Below, piece by piece: positions 1 through 9,996 of a DNA stretch of 64,000 bases. The notes under the pieces were generated by a model that was given only the letters and a program-made list of their open reading frames with translations, had not been told where the DNA came from and ran no database searches. Positions within the stretch are counted from its first letter, which is position 1. Each line of letters starts with the position of its first letter. Origin of the DNA: Candidatus Velthaea sp. (GTDB lineage Bacteria; Vulcanimicrobiota; Vulcanimicrobiia; Vulcanimicrobiales; Vulcanimicrobiaceae); assembly GCA_965214935.1 (NCBI GenBank), contig CBDCCS010000015.1, positions 1-64,000 of the forward strand, read 5' to 3'. A program made the position numbers and the translations under genes.

Positions 1-1088
1 GTTGAGCGTCCGCGTCTGAATCATCGCTACCGGATAGCGCCTCAAAAATGCACCATCGCTTCGATCTCGCACCGGTCGTCCGTTACCCCGGGATGCGTCA
101 AATAGTTGAGCGATACGCGCAAACCACGTTCGACGGCTAGCGCGATGCTTACAAGCACGTCTTCGAGTCCGTAGCCCGTCGGGCGGTAATACGCCGCATA
201 CACAGCAGGCTGAAACGAATTGAGACTGATTCGCACGGCTTGCAACCCGGAATCGATGAGCCGCGCGAGCGCCCGCGGCAGCGATCCGTTGGTGTTAAGG
301 TTGAGCGTACCGTTTGCGCAGTGCGTTCGGATCGCTTCAAGCGCCGCTGCAATCGTCGTTGACCGCAACAACGGTTCGCCTTCGCAACCTTGTCCAAACG
401 AAACGATGCCGTCGTCGACCCGCTGCAAATGATGCACGGCAATGCGTGTGAGTTCGGCAGCTTGCGGCTCGTAAGCAATGCGCGTCTGCGGCGAGGGGAT
501 CGCGCTTTCGGCTGACAGCTGCGAAATACAGCCGACGCACGCCGCATTGCAGCGCGGAGAAACCGGAATCGCGGCTTCACCGCGCTCGAGAAAAACGTTT
601 TGAGCGGTAAAGCAGCCGTAGTCCCGGGAGCATAAAGCAACCTTGCGCGAGTGTCTGATTAGCCGGGTCGAGCGCTTGACGGCGCTCGATGAGAGCTTCG
701 AGTTCGCCGGCGGCAAAATATCGCGGCTGCCAATCATCGCGTTCGTCGGTCCGCATTGCCGCAACATGCAACGCATCGTCGACCACGCAGGCAAACGTGT
801 ATCCGAAAAGCGGCAGTTCGGGCGCACCGGCGCGCGGCCGGTACGCCGGCAGCAACAGACGCGTGAAACCGGCGGGCAGGAGCGCACCCAGCGTCGTTTC
901 TCGCATAGGAGCTTGACCGGTAAGCAGCAACGGAGTCCGGCCCGGAAGCATCGTCGTCACGGTCCCGGCGGCGCCTCAATGAGCTCGTCGAAAGTTGCGC
1001 GCCGAACGATCCCGCCGTCGGCCAGTGGTTCCCGGTTCGCATCGTAATAGATCGCGCCGGCGGCGTCGGTATACGCCAGCCCGGCTAC
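1..1088 (-). CDS. Radical SAM protein of unknown function; split by three single-base frameshifts and running off the window's left edge
   Basis: CNAACVGC (CxxxCxxC), SFGQGCEGEPL and NLNTNGS motifs. ORFs 957-1283, 577-960 and 42-887 join into one protein after single-base corrections at ~965, ~642 and ~46; the last restores ...HFLRRYPVAMIQTRTLN. Confidence 0.85.
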
Positions 1089-1861
1089 AGCGAAGTCTCG
1101 TACTCCTTGACGGCGTTGCCGGTCAACACGGCGCGATTTGGCGCTTCCCACGCGACGAACAACACGCCGCCGGGAACCTGAAGTTCCACCACCGAGCGCA
1201 CGCCGCGGGTCACGATCGCAGCCGCTGCGCAAGCAACGGCACCCGTACCGCAGGCAAGCGTTGCACCCGCGCCACGCTCCCAATGCACGACGCTCAGTGA
1301 GTGCAGTCCGGTGATGCGTGCGAAGTGGACGTTCGTCCCATGCGGATAGCGCGCGTCGCGTTCGATACGCGGACCGGCGGTCAGCACGTCGATGCTCGCC
1401 AAATCATTGACGAAAATCACGACATGCGGATTGCCGACATCGACGGGGACGGCGGTACGACCGGCGACCGTATGCGACGGTCCGACGAGCGGCGCGTTAA
1501 GTTCGACGCTCACACGGTACTCGGGCGTGCGTGAGATGACCCGTGTCTGAATCGGTCCGGCCGGCGTTTCAAGCAGTGCGCTCGCCGGGCCGTCGTGCTC
1601 GTCGAGATAGCGTGCAACGCAGCGCATCCCGTTGCCGCACATCTCCGCTTCGCTGCCGTCCGCATTGATGATCCGCACGCGCGCGTCGGCCGTCGCCGAC
1701 GGCAACAGCAACAGCAGGCCGTCGGCACCGGCGACGCCGGTACGATCGCACGCCCGCCGGCCGAATCCAATCGGGTCGGCCAACGCCGTTTCACGCGCGT
1801 CCATCAGCACGAAGTCATTTCCGGTTCCATTGTATTTGGTGACCGGAACGGCGGCGATCAC
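1085..1861 (-). CDS. dapF: Diaminopimelate epimerase
   Basis: GTGNDF, NADGSEAEMCGNG, VGNPH and ERGAGATLACGTG motifs; GTG start overlaps the hfq stop. Confidence 0.97.
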   Translation of the reverse strand: MIAAVPVTKYNGTGNDFVLMDARETALADPIGFGRRACDRTGVAGADGLLLLLPSATADARVRIINADGSEAEMCGNGMRCVARYLDEHDGPASALLETPAGPIQTRVISRTPEYRVSVELNAPLVGPSHTVAGRTAVPVDVGNPHVVIFVNDLASIDVLTAGPRIERDARYPHGTNVHFARITGLHSLSVVHWERGAGATLACGTGAVACAAAAIVTRGVRSVVELQVPGGVLFVAWEAPNRAVLTGNAVKEYETSL

Positions 1862-2112
1862 AACGGTGCCGTTTCAATCTCCGGCAGGAGCGGTGCAACG
1901 AGCGGACCTTGCGGCGAGATCGTCGAGACGGCGTGCTTGTAAATGAGATGGGCGCGATGTTCGTATTCCAGCACGATCGTAAATGGGTCGAAGCCCTTGA
2001 CGATACCGCGCAGTTGGAAACCGTTCACCAGGTACACGGTCACTTGAACGCCTTGACGCTTGACTTCAGCGAGGTACGCATCTTGCAACGGAGGTTGACG
2101 CAACGTGGACAT
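1858..2112 (-). CDS. hfq: RNA chaperone Hfq
   Basis: LQDAYL, VYLVNGFQLRG and IYKHAVST Sm motifs; directly downstream of miaA. Confidence 0.97.
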   Translation of the reverse strand: MSTLRQPPLQDAYLAEVKRQGVQVTVYLVNGFQLRGIVKGFDPFTIVLEYEHRAHLIYKHAVSTISPQGPLVAPLLPEIETAPL

Positions 2113-2121
2113 TCTTGGCTG

Positions 2122-3075
2122 TTATGCCCGAATCGGCGCAATATCTTCTGTTGAGGCGGTCCAGCCTAAGCGTTCGGCCGCGGCGCTTGCCGCGGCGAGC
2201 GGCTCACTCGGAAGCCATTCGAGGTCCGGTTCGGTTCGCAACCACGTCATTTGACGCTTCGCATAACGCTGCGTCGCGCGCGTTAGCAACGTGCGCAGCT
2301 CATTCCACGTCAGCCGGCCGTCGAGATAAGCGAGTGCTTCGCGATAACCCACCGCGTCGGCTGCGACCGCCGCAGGACCGATAAGGTCGGCCTCGACAAG
2401 CAGACCGGCGGCAAGCATTGCATCGGTCCGCCGCTGGATACGAGCCGCAAGTTCGGCCGGCTCGACGTTCAGTGCGACTTTTTGATAAGGGGTGCCCGAC
2501 GCGCGCAGCGTTACCACCGGCTGCGGCGGCAGCTCACCGCTACGGACAGCCGCGGTTAGGCGAACTTCGAGGGCGCGCACGATACGGTACGGGTCGCGCA
2601 CCGACACGTTCGCCGCGCGCTCCGGATCGCGCACTTGCAGCCACGCGTGCAGCACGTCGACAGGATGGACTCGCGCCTCGTGCTCGAGCCGCGCCCGGAC
2701 CGCCGCATCCGGCTGCGCGGCAAGCGCAACGTCGCCGCACAGCGCGCGCAAATAGAAGCCGGTTCCGCCCACGACGATCGCCCGTTTGCCGCGCCGGTGA
2801 ATCGCATCGATCGCCGCTGACGCCGCAGCAACAAAGCGTGCCGCGGAGTAACGCTCGTAGGGATCCAAAAAGCCGACTAGGTGATGCGCGACGCGCGAAC
2901 GATCGGCTGCCGTCGGCGCGGCGGTGCCGATCGGCATGTCGCGGTAGACCTGGCGGGAATCGGCACCAACGATCTCCGCGTCATAGCGCTCCGCCAGAGC
3001 GATTGCTAAGTCCGTTTTACCGCCGGCCGTCGGTCCGGCGATGAGAAGAACGCCCGACCGCGTCCGCACTGTCAC
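2122..3075 (-). CDS. miaA: tRNA dimethylallyltransferase
   Basis: GPTAGGKT, DSRQVY, VGGTGFY and YAKRQMTW motifs. Confidence 0.97.
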   Translation of the reverse strand: MTVRTRSGVLLIAGPTAGGKTDLAIALAERYDAEIVGADSRQVYRDMPIGTAAPTAADRSRVAHHLVGFLDPYERYSAARFVAAASAAIDAIHRRGKRAIVVGGTGFYLRALCGDVALAAQPDAAVRARLEHEARVHPVDVLHAWLQVRDPERAANVSVRDPYRIVRALEVRLTAAVRSGELPPQPVVTLRASGTPYQKVALNVEPAELAARIQRRTDAMLAAGLLVEADLIGPAAVAADAVGYREALAYLDGRLTWNELRTLLTRATQRYAKRQMTWLRTEPDLEWLPSEPLAAASAAAERLGWTASTEDIAPIRA

Positions 3076-3105
3076 GCCGGAACGTTTGGCGCCGCCGGAA
3101 TAAAA

Positions 3106-3501
3106 TCAGTCTTTCACGCCTACCCGGTCCTGCCCGGCGACGCCGCTAACATACGCCCGAATCAAGCTGCGGATACCGGCATGCAATCCGACGAACACGC
3201 CGCTATAGGCATAGCTTCCATCGGCTGCAGAATAACGGCTCGATACGACGCTCAAGCGTACCGTGACCGGTTCGAACATCGTGTCGTTCGGCCGGCATTC
3301 AACGTACGGTAACCAGAAGCAAACGCTAACACCTTCGTGTGACTGCATATTTGCGAGCGTCGCAAAGCCGATGCCCGCTTCGCTAAGATTGAGGATTCGG
3401 CCGCTCACCGTCCGCTTTGGTTGAATGCAGACGAACGAAGCCGGGATCGTAACCGGTAAGCGGAGCCAGTTCCGTTGTTCGACTAGAGCCGCGGTCGGCA
3501 T
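3106..3501 (-). CDS. Stand-alone PilZ-domain (c-di-GMP-binding) protein
   Basis: RxxxR (RNWLR) and (D/N)xSxxG (NLSEAG) motifs; 131 aa. Confidence 0.8.
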   Translation of the reverse strand: MPTAALVEQRNWLRLPVTIPASFVCIQPKRTVSGRILNLSEAGIGFATLANMQSHEGVSVCFWLPYVECRPNDTMFEPVTVRLSVVSSRYSAADGSYAYSGVFVGLHAGIRSLIRAYVSGVAGQDRVGVKD

Positions 3502-3539
3502 ACCAACTCAACCCTTCCTACGAACGAGTATCCTTGCTG

Positions 3540-3567
3540 TGTTCGGCCGGCAAAGGAAGCAATCTTA
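3540..3567 (-). promoter_or_regulatory. Candidate sigma-28 (FliA/SigD-type) promoter for the PilZ gene
   Basis: Minus strand reads TAAG-N16-GCCGAACA, about 40 bp upstream of the ATG; consensus is TAAA-N15/16-GCCGATAA. Confidence 0.45.
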
Positions 3568-3720
3568 GCCCGCCATTCGATGCATTCGACCGTCGTACGC
3601 GCGGGCGGCTATGCCGTAAATGAAGAGCGCGAGCAGCGGTTTACAAAAACGTATCGACCGACCGAACAGCGTATGCGTCGTTAAACGGGAGCGCGACTGG
3701 CGCGAATTAAACGTTAGGCG

Positions 3721-4653
3721 ATGGCTCGCATGTTCATAGGTTCGGATGGCATCCGCGCGGGCTGGCGCATCGTGCTGTTTTGTTTGCTCGCGATCGTGTT
3801 TGCCGTGGCTCTCACCGTGGCGATCGGCCTGGCCGTGTATCTTCTCGGGCATGATGTGCGCATCGACGCCGCTGCGCTCAAGCGCGGCGTTTTTTCGCCC
3901 TCACTCGTCGTATTTTCCGAAGGCTCCACCGGTCTTGCCGCGCTGTTTGCAGCCTGGATCATGGCACGCATCGAGCGGCGCAATTTTCGAGCCTACGGTC
4001 TTGCCCCCGAACGGCCGGCGCAGCGCTTATTCGCAGAAGGTGCGCTGGCCGGTTTTGCGGCGATGTCGCTGGCACTGCTGGCGGTCTTGCTTTGCGGCGA
4101 CCTGCATTTCATCGCGCCTCGCGCGACCGGTGTCTCGGACCGACTCTCCGATGCGCTTGCGTGGGCGTTGGCCTTCGGCCTCACCGGTTTAAGCGAGGAA
4201 TTCATCTTTCGCGGATACCTGCTGTATACGCTCGGCTGCGGTATGCGATTTCCCCTAGCGGCGGTCCTGACATCGGCGGCGTTTGGTGCCGCGCACCTGC
4301 AAAACGCCGGCGAAACACCGCTGGGCATCGTTAATGTTGCGGTGTTCGGCGGTGTGCTGTGCTTCGTACTGCAGCGCACCGGAACGTTATGGTTCGGCAT
4401 CGGCATGCATGGTGCATGGGATTGGGCCCAGACCTATCTGTACGGCGTTCCGGACAGCGGAGCGACGACGTCACACACGCTGTTCCATTCGGTTTTCTCC
4501 GGACCGGCTTGGCTCAGCGGCTTGTCAGCCGGACCCGAAGGCGGCATCGCTACCGATCTCGCGTTAGCGGCCGTTGCGCTCTATGTCGCGCTGCGATTTC
4601 GCGGCCCATTGAGATCGACGACCGCGGAGCCGCTGCGCTCGGAACCCCTTTGA
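3721..4653 (+). CDS. CPBP/CAAX-family (Abi) intramembrane metalloprotease
   Basis: EEFIFRG, FGAAH and HGAWD motifs; multiple TM helices. Confidence 0.92.
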   Translation: MARMFIGSDGIRAGWRIVLFCLLAIVFAVALTVAIGLAVYLLGHDVRIDAAALKRGVFSPSLVVFSEGSTGLAALFAAWIMARIERRNFRAYGLAPERPAQRLFAEGALAGFAAMSLALLAVLLCGDLHFIAPRATGVSDRLSDALAWALAFGLTGLSEEFIFRGYLLYTLGCGMRFPLAAVLTSAAFGAAHLQNAGETPLGIVNVAVFGGVLCFVLQRTGTLWFGIGMHGAWDWAQTYLYGVPDSGATTSHTLFHSVFSGPAWLSGLSAGPEGGIATDLALAAVALYVALRFRGPLRSTTAEPLRSEPL

Positions 4654-4809
4654 AACGAAAGAACGCTTTCGAAATAAAGCGACCGCCCAGCGTGGGGCAT
4701 CGGCGCTGCACTAGGAATCGTCGCGGGAGCCGTCTGAAACAGCGTAGACGTTGAGGTACTACCTGCAAACGCGGGCGGTGCATGCAACGCGACTGCAAAG
4801 GTGAATTGC

Positions 4810-5208
4810 ATGCAACTCGCACCGTATCTCTTCTTTGATGGAACGTGTGAAGCGGCGCTAGAATTTTATCGGCCTATTCTGGGTGCAACGACGTTGGAAT
4901 TGACGCGCTGGAATGATGCGCCGACGAGCGAACCGCGCCCGCCCGAACTCGGACAGCGCATCATGCACGCCACGTTCGTTGCACCGGGGATCACGTTTAT
5001 GGCCGCGGACGGCATGGATGTCAGCGGCGATACGCAGCGCATCGCATTGTCGATCGCAACGGGCGACACCGACGAAGGCCGGCGCGTTTTCGAGGCACTC
5101 GCGGACGGCGGCACGGTCAAGTGGCCGTACAGCAAACAATTTTGGGGTGCGACGTTCGGCATGCTCGTCGATCGATTCGGCGTCCAGTGGATGATCAACG
5201 CCGGCTGA
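4810..5208 (+). CDS. VOC/PhnB-family protein
   Basis: PYLFFDGTCEAALEFY, IMHA and FWGATFGMLVDRFGVQWMIN. Confidence 0.92.
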   Translation: MQLAPYLFFDGTCEAALEFYRPILGATTLELTRWNDAPTSEPRPPELGQRIMHATFVAPGITFMAADGMDVSGDTQRIALSIATGDTDEGRRVFEALADGGTVKWPYSKQFWGATFGMLVDRFGVQWMINAG

Positions 5209-5211
5209 ACG

Positions 5212-6925
5212 TTACAGCCGCTTGAAGAGCCGCGCGACGGCGTCGGCTTCCAGCCGGACGATCGTCGGGCGGCCATGCGGACAGTGCATCGGATTATCGC
5301 ACGTCTGCAAGCGTTCGAGCAGCGTGGTCATCTCCGCGACCTCGAGCCGTTCGCCGGCGCGCACGACAGAGTGGCAGGCCAGCGATGCCCACACGCGCTG
5401 CGCGGCATCGAGGCCACGCAGTTCGTCATGTAACCCGTCGACAAAATCAGCGATGTCGAACGGTCGCGCCTTGCCCGCATGCACCAAGCGTGCGGGAGTC
5501 GCCGTAATCCGGTAGGCGCGCTCGCCGAACCGTTCGATCGCCAAACCGCCGGCGGCAAGCACGGCAAGACTCGCATCGAGCCGTTCGGCTTGGGCGGCGT
5601 CAACTTCAAAGCTATGCGGTACCAATAGCGGCTCTGAGGCCCCATCACGCGCGGCATTCGCTTGCAATTGTTCGAACACGATGCGTTCGTGCGCGGCATG
5701 CTGATCGACCAGCACGACAGCGCTTCCGTCCGTTGCCAGAATGTAGGTCCGGTCGACTTGTGCGAGCACGCGCAACGGCGTTGCCGCTGCGGACGTCTCG
5801 ACTAGAGACTCGCTCCAAGCGATCGTTGCCGGTCCGCTCGGCGGTTGGCGCCGTCCCGCTCCGGCAGGACTCAACGATATCGAACGCTCAAGCCGGTCGA
5901 GCGCGCCGCGGCGCAGCGCCGTGGTGAGGCCTTCGCGAACCATCGACACCACCCGTTCGGCGTAGCGCAAACGCACGTCGCTTTTCGTCGGATGAACGTT
6001 TCGGGTCGACTTCATCGCGCGGAACGCGCAACATCAACACCCCGTACGGGTGACGGCCGACCATCGCGAAGGTACGATAAGCGGCGGTCCACGCACCGGA
6101 CACGAGCGTGCTGCGCAAAAGCCGTCCATTGACGAAGAGTACCTGTGCGCGGCGGTCCGGGCGATCGTCTCCGGGCGAGCTGATGTAACCGCTCACGCTC
6201 GGAGAGCCGTCGGAGTGCCCGTGCGCGACCGGAACGAGGGCCTGCGGCGAGTGACCGAACACGTGCGCGAGCCGCAATGCGGGCTGCTCGCCGGGCGCAA
6301 AGGCAAAGATTCGCCGCCCATCATGCTCGAGCGTAAAACCGGTCTGCGGATAGGCCAGCGTCAGCGTTGCCAACCACTGCGAAATGCGCGCAAATTCCGT
6401 TGCCGGCGAGCGCAAATATTCGCGGCGGACCGGAACGCTCGCGAACAGGTCGCGCACGATGACACGCGTTCCCGGCGGTCCGGCCAACGGCTGCGGCTCG
6501 CCGACCCAGTCGCCGTACGCATCGAGCGCCGTTGCGATATCCGCATCGGTCGTGCGCGATACGATCGTCACTCGCGCGATCGCCGCGATCGAGGCCAGGC
6601 CTTCACCGCGAAAACCGAGCGTTCCAATGCGCATCAACCCGGAAGCGTCGACGAGTTTGCTCGTGCCGTGACGCAACACCGCCAGCGGCAGGTCGGCCGC
6701 GGCGATTCCGCTGCCGTCGTCGGCAACCTCGATTTCGCTCATGCCGCCACCACGAATTCGGATCGCCAACCGGACGGCACCCGCGTCGAGCGCATTTTCG
6801 ACGAGTTCTTTCACGACGGAAACGGGCCGTTCGATTACTTCACCGGCGGCAATCTGTCCGATCGTCTCGCTGTCGAGGAGCCGGATCGCGATTCGCTCGG
6901 CGCGCTCGTCACTCACGATCGTCAA
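5212..6925 (-). CDS. mutL: DNA mismatch repair endonuclease MutL, with a +1 frameshift at ~6000
   Basis: N-terminal IAAGEVIERP, KELVENALDAG and GFRGEGL motifs; C-terminal DQHAAHER and CPHGRP. One extra base at 5999-6001 breaks the DPNVHPTK motif. Confidence 0.93.
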
Positions 6926-9429
6926 CCATTGTACGGCATGACCTCGAACAACAGTGGCTGCTCGAAAAGCGGCGTACGAGCGAGTTTGCCGCGTAGCGGC
7001 GCCTGGGCATCGACCGTCGGCCGGCCTTCGAGCGCTTCGGAGATCTCTTTGGCTCGCGCCACCACCGTCGGCGGTAAACCGGCCATGCGTGCCACCTCGA
7101 TGCCGAACGAGCGCGAGCTCGAGCCGGGCAGCACACGATGCGAGAACACCGGCACTCCGCTACGCGACGTATGTTCGACTGCCGTGATGTGATAGTTCGC
7201 GACCAGCGGCCAGCGCTCGGCTAAGGCAACGAGCTCGTGAAAATGCGTTGCAAACAGGACCATCGGACCAGCCGACTCGCGCTCGAGCAAATATTCGCAG
7301 ATCGCCTGCGCGATCGCAAGTCCGTCGACGGTACCCGTACCGCGGCCAATCTCATCGATCAGCAGCAGACTACGGCTCGTCGACCGGCGCAAGATCGTCG
7401 CTGCTTCAGCCATCTCGATGTAAAAGGTCGACTGACCCGATGCCAGATCGTCGCCGGCGCCGATGCGCGTGAAAATGCGATCAACGATCCCGAGCGACGC
7501 CGATGCGGCCGGAACGAACGAACCGATTTGCGCTAAAATAATTAGCAGCGCAGCTTGGCGTAAGTACGTCGATTTGCCGCCCATATTCGGTCCGGTAAGG
7601 AGAATAAAGCGCGCGGCGGCAACCCCGAGATGCAAGTCGTTCGGAACGAACGATGAACCCAGGAGTGCTTCAACGACCGGATGCCGGCCATCGACGATAT
7701 CGATCGCGCTGCGTTCGATGAAAACCGGCCGCACGTAATTACGCTCGGCGGCGACTTGCGCGAGCGAACAGTAGGCATCGAGCTCGGCGACGGCTTCGGC
7801 GGTGTCGAGCACATCGTCGACGCGCAGTGCGATTCGTTCGACGAGCATCTCGAACAACTGCGCTTCGAGCCGCAGTTGGCGCGCCTGCGCACTGGCGATT
7901 GCAACGTCGAGTTCGCGTAATTCGGGGGTGACGAAACGTTCGCCGTTGGCAAGGGTTTGACGCCGCGTGTAGTCAGCCGGAACGTTGGCTGCTTGCGACT
8001 TGGGAATCTCGATCGCGTAACCGAACGCAGCGGCGTATTTAATTTTAAGCGATTTGATACCGGTTCGTTCGCGTTCGCGTTCTTCGAGCGCGGTCAGGCG
8101 CGAACGTGCATCGCTGCGCAAACCGGCGCATTCGGCTAGCTCCGCCGAGGCTTCGGGCCGAACGACGCCGCCGTCGGCAAGCGTCGCCGGCGGTTCATCG
8201 ACAAGTGTCGTCACGAGGTCGGCACGTAACGCCGAAAAATCGCTCAACCGTTCGGCAAGCGCGCGCAGCGGCAACGGCAAATCGTCCGCGTCGACGGCAG
8301 CGGCGATCGGTTCGAGGTATGCCAGCGTCCGCCGCAGCGATGCCAGATCGCGCGGCAGGGCGCGTCGGAACCGAACCTTCTGCGCGATCCGTTCGAGATC
8401 GAAGCAGTGACGTAGAACGTCTTGCAATGCGGCGCGCTTAACGCCGTCGCGTACGAACGCTTCGATGCAATCGCCGCGGCCTTCGATTGCATTCCGATCG
8501 ACAAGCGGTGCCAGCACCCAGCGGCCGAGCATTCGCGATCCCATTGCCGTTTGCGTCCGGTCGATCGTGGCCAGTAAGGTTGCGCGCGGGTTTGCACCGA
8601 GCGCTTTGGTCAACTCAAGGTGCTTTCGCGTGTTCGGGTCGAGCGCCAAAAACGTCGCTTGACGGTAGAAGTGCGGCGTGCGCAGTGCCTCGCCGCCGGC
8701 ATCGAATCCCGCCCGCCGCACGAAGGCGCCCAAGGTATCGAGTGCGCGAAACATCGCCAGCGATTCATCGCGTGAGAACCCGCCGACCAACGCGTGCGCG
8801 CGGCCATCGACCATGGCGATGAGCGGTGTTGCGATTCGCGTCCGGACCGCTTCGAGCGCCTTGGTCAACGCCGTGCGGACATCGGCGTGAACGTCCGCAA
8901 CGATCTCCGCGGGATCGAGTCGCAGGATTTCGCCGATCGCTTCATCGAGCGCGCGTTCGCCGCTAAAAGCCGTCGCTTGCACGTGGCCGGTCGAGATATC
9001 GGCGTGCCCGAGCGCGACGACGTCGTCATACACCGATATTGCTGCGAGGAAATTGTGCGCGCTGCGCTCGAGCAAATGTTCTTCGATCAGCGTGCCGGGC
9101 GTAACGATGCGCACGACGTCGCGCCGCACGAGTTTATTCGGAATCGGTGCTTCGAGTTGCTCGGCGAGCGCCACGACGCGGCGCTGCGCAACGAGCTTCG
9201 CCAAGTAATTATCCAGAGCGTGATGCGGAACGCCGGCCATGGCTACACGCTGACCCGATCCGGCTTCTTTCGAAGTCAGCGCAATTGAGAGCAGTCGCGC
9301 GATCGTCTGCGCGTCTTCGCCGTATGCCTCGTAGAAGTCGCCGACCCGTGAAAGCAGAATTGCATCGGCGTGCCGAGCCTTCATCGCGAAATATTGCTCG
9401 AGCATCGGCGAGTATGGCGTACCGCTCAT
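6922..9429 (-). CDS. mutS: DNA mismatch repair protein MutS
   Basis: GDFYE, TGPNMGGKSTY, DEIGRGT and FATHFHEL motifs. Confidence 0.98.
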   Translation of the reverse strand: MSGTPYSPMLEQYFAMKARHADAILLSRVGDFYEAYGEDAQTIARLLSIALTSKEAGSGQRVAMAGVPHHALDNYLAKLVAQRRVVALAEQLEAPIPNKLVRRDVVRIVTPGTLIEEHLLERSAHNFLAAISVYDDVVALGHADISTGHVQATAFSGERALDEAIGEILRLDPAEIVADVHADVRTALTKALEAVRTRIATPLIAMVDGRAHALVGGFSRDESLAMFRALDTLGAFVRRAGFDAGGEALRTPHFYRQATFLALDPNTRKHLELTKALGANPRATLLATIDRTQTAMGSRMLGRWVLAPLVDRNAIEGRGDCIEAFVRDGVKRAALQDVLRHCFDLERIAQKVRFRRALPRDLASLRRTLAYLEPIAAAVDADDLPLPLRALAERLSDFSALRADLVTTLVDEPPATLADGGVVRPEASAELAECAGLRSDARSRLTALEERERERTGIKSLKIKYAAAFGYAIEIPKSQAANVPADYTRRQTLANGERFVTPELRELDVAIASAQARQLRLEAQLFEMLVERIALRVDDVLDTAEAVAELDAYCSLAQVAAERNYVRPVFIERSAIDIVDGRHPVVEALLGSSFVPNDLHLGVAAARFILLTGPNMGGKSTYLRQAALLIILAQIGSFVPAASASLGIVDRIFTRIGAGDDLASGQSTFYIEMAEAATILRRSTSRSLLLIDEIGRGTGTVDGLAIAQAICEYLLERESAGPMVLFATHFHELVALAERWPLVANYHITAVEHTSRSGVPVFSHRVLPGSSSRSFGIEVARMAGLPPTVVARAKEISEALEGRPTVDAQAPLRGKLARTPLFEQPLLFEVMPYNG

Positions 9430-9498
9430 GCGACCGGGTCCGATATCACCTCAGGCCTTTCTCGCCGCCCGTTAGCGAGGCATGCCGAAGCTCGTGCG

Positions 9499-9918
9499 CT
9501 ACCCCGCCTGCGCGCCGCGTTCGTGCGTCAGCGTTCGGCGCTTGAGCAACCGCAAACGCCGGCCATGGTCGCTGTACTCGACTTCATCCATGAGTTGCAC
9601 CATGATGTACATGCCGTAGCCGCGCGGCGCATTCGACAACGGCTGCACGTGATCGGTCGCGTTCCACCGGTCGAAGCCGTTGCCCGCATCGGTAATCTCG
9701 ATCGACAGCGCGCACTCGTCATACGTACACAGCACGGCGATGAAGGTGCCGTTCGAAAAACCGTGCTCGGCCGAATTTGCAAGTGCTTCGCCGACGGCGC
9801 TTTCGATATCGGTGAGTTCTTCACCGCCGAACCACTGACGCGCAAAACCGGTGATCGCGCGGCGCGCTTTGCCGACGGACTCAACCGCACTTGGAAATTC
9901 GGCACGAAAATCGGCCAT
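9499..9918 (-). CDS. RsbW/SpoIIAB-like anti-sigma factor (HATPase_c_2)
   Basis: EALANSAEHG, DAGNGF and RGYGMYIM..LMDEV motifs. Confidence 0.88.
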   Translation of the reverse strand: MADFRAEFPSAVESVGKARRAITGFARQWFGGEELTDIESAVGEALANSAEHGFSNGTFIAVLCTYDECALSIEITDAGNGFDRWNATDHVQPLSNAPRGYGMYIMVQLMDEVEYSDHGRRLRLLKRRTLTHERGAQAG

Positions 9919-9926
9919 GCGTTTTC

Positions 9927-9953
9927 CTACCCTTTGGCCGCGCGGTATTAAAC
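9927..9953 (-). promoter_or_regulatory. SigB/SigF-type promoter, probably leaderless, for the anti-sigma gene
   Basis: Minus strand reads GTTT-N17-GGGTAG, ending 8 nt before the ATG. Confidence 0.65.
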
Positions 9954-9996
9954 GGAATCCGGCGGGCGACGCCGCGCGTCGCCCGCCGCTGTCCGA

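Noticed and set aside
42..959. TGA recoding (selenocysteine or alternative genetic code) at the TGA stops at 42 and 957
   Set aside because: Homology continues in a different frame, so these are indels; TGA is used as a normal stop throughout the window.
4650..4754. 34-codon basic ORF starting at TTG overlapping the CPBP stop
   Set aside because: No recognisable motif or TM segment; consistent with chance in an intergenic region.
5990..6010. Programmed ribosomal frameshift in mutL
   Set aside because: No slippery heptamer or long run, and the shift falls inside a highly conserved motif.
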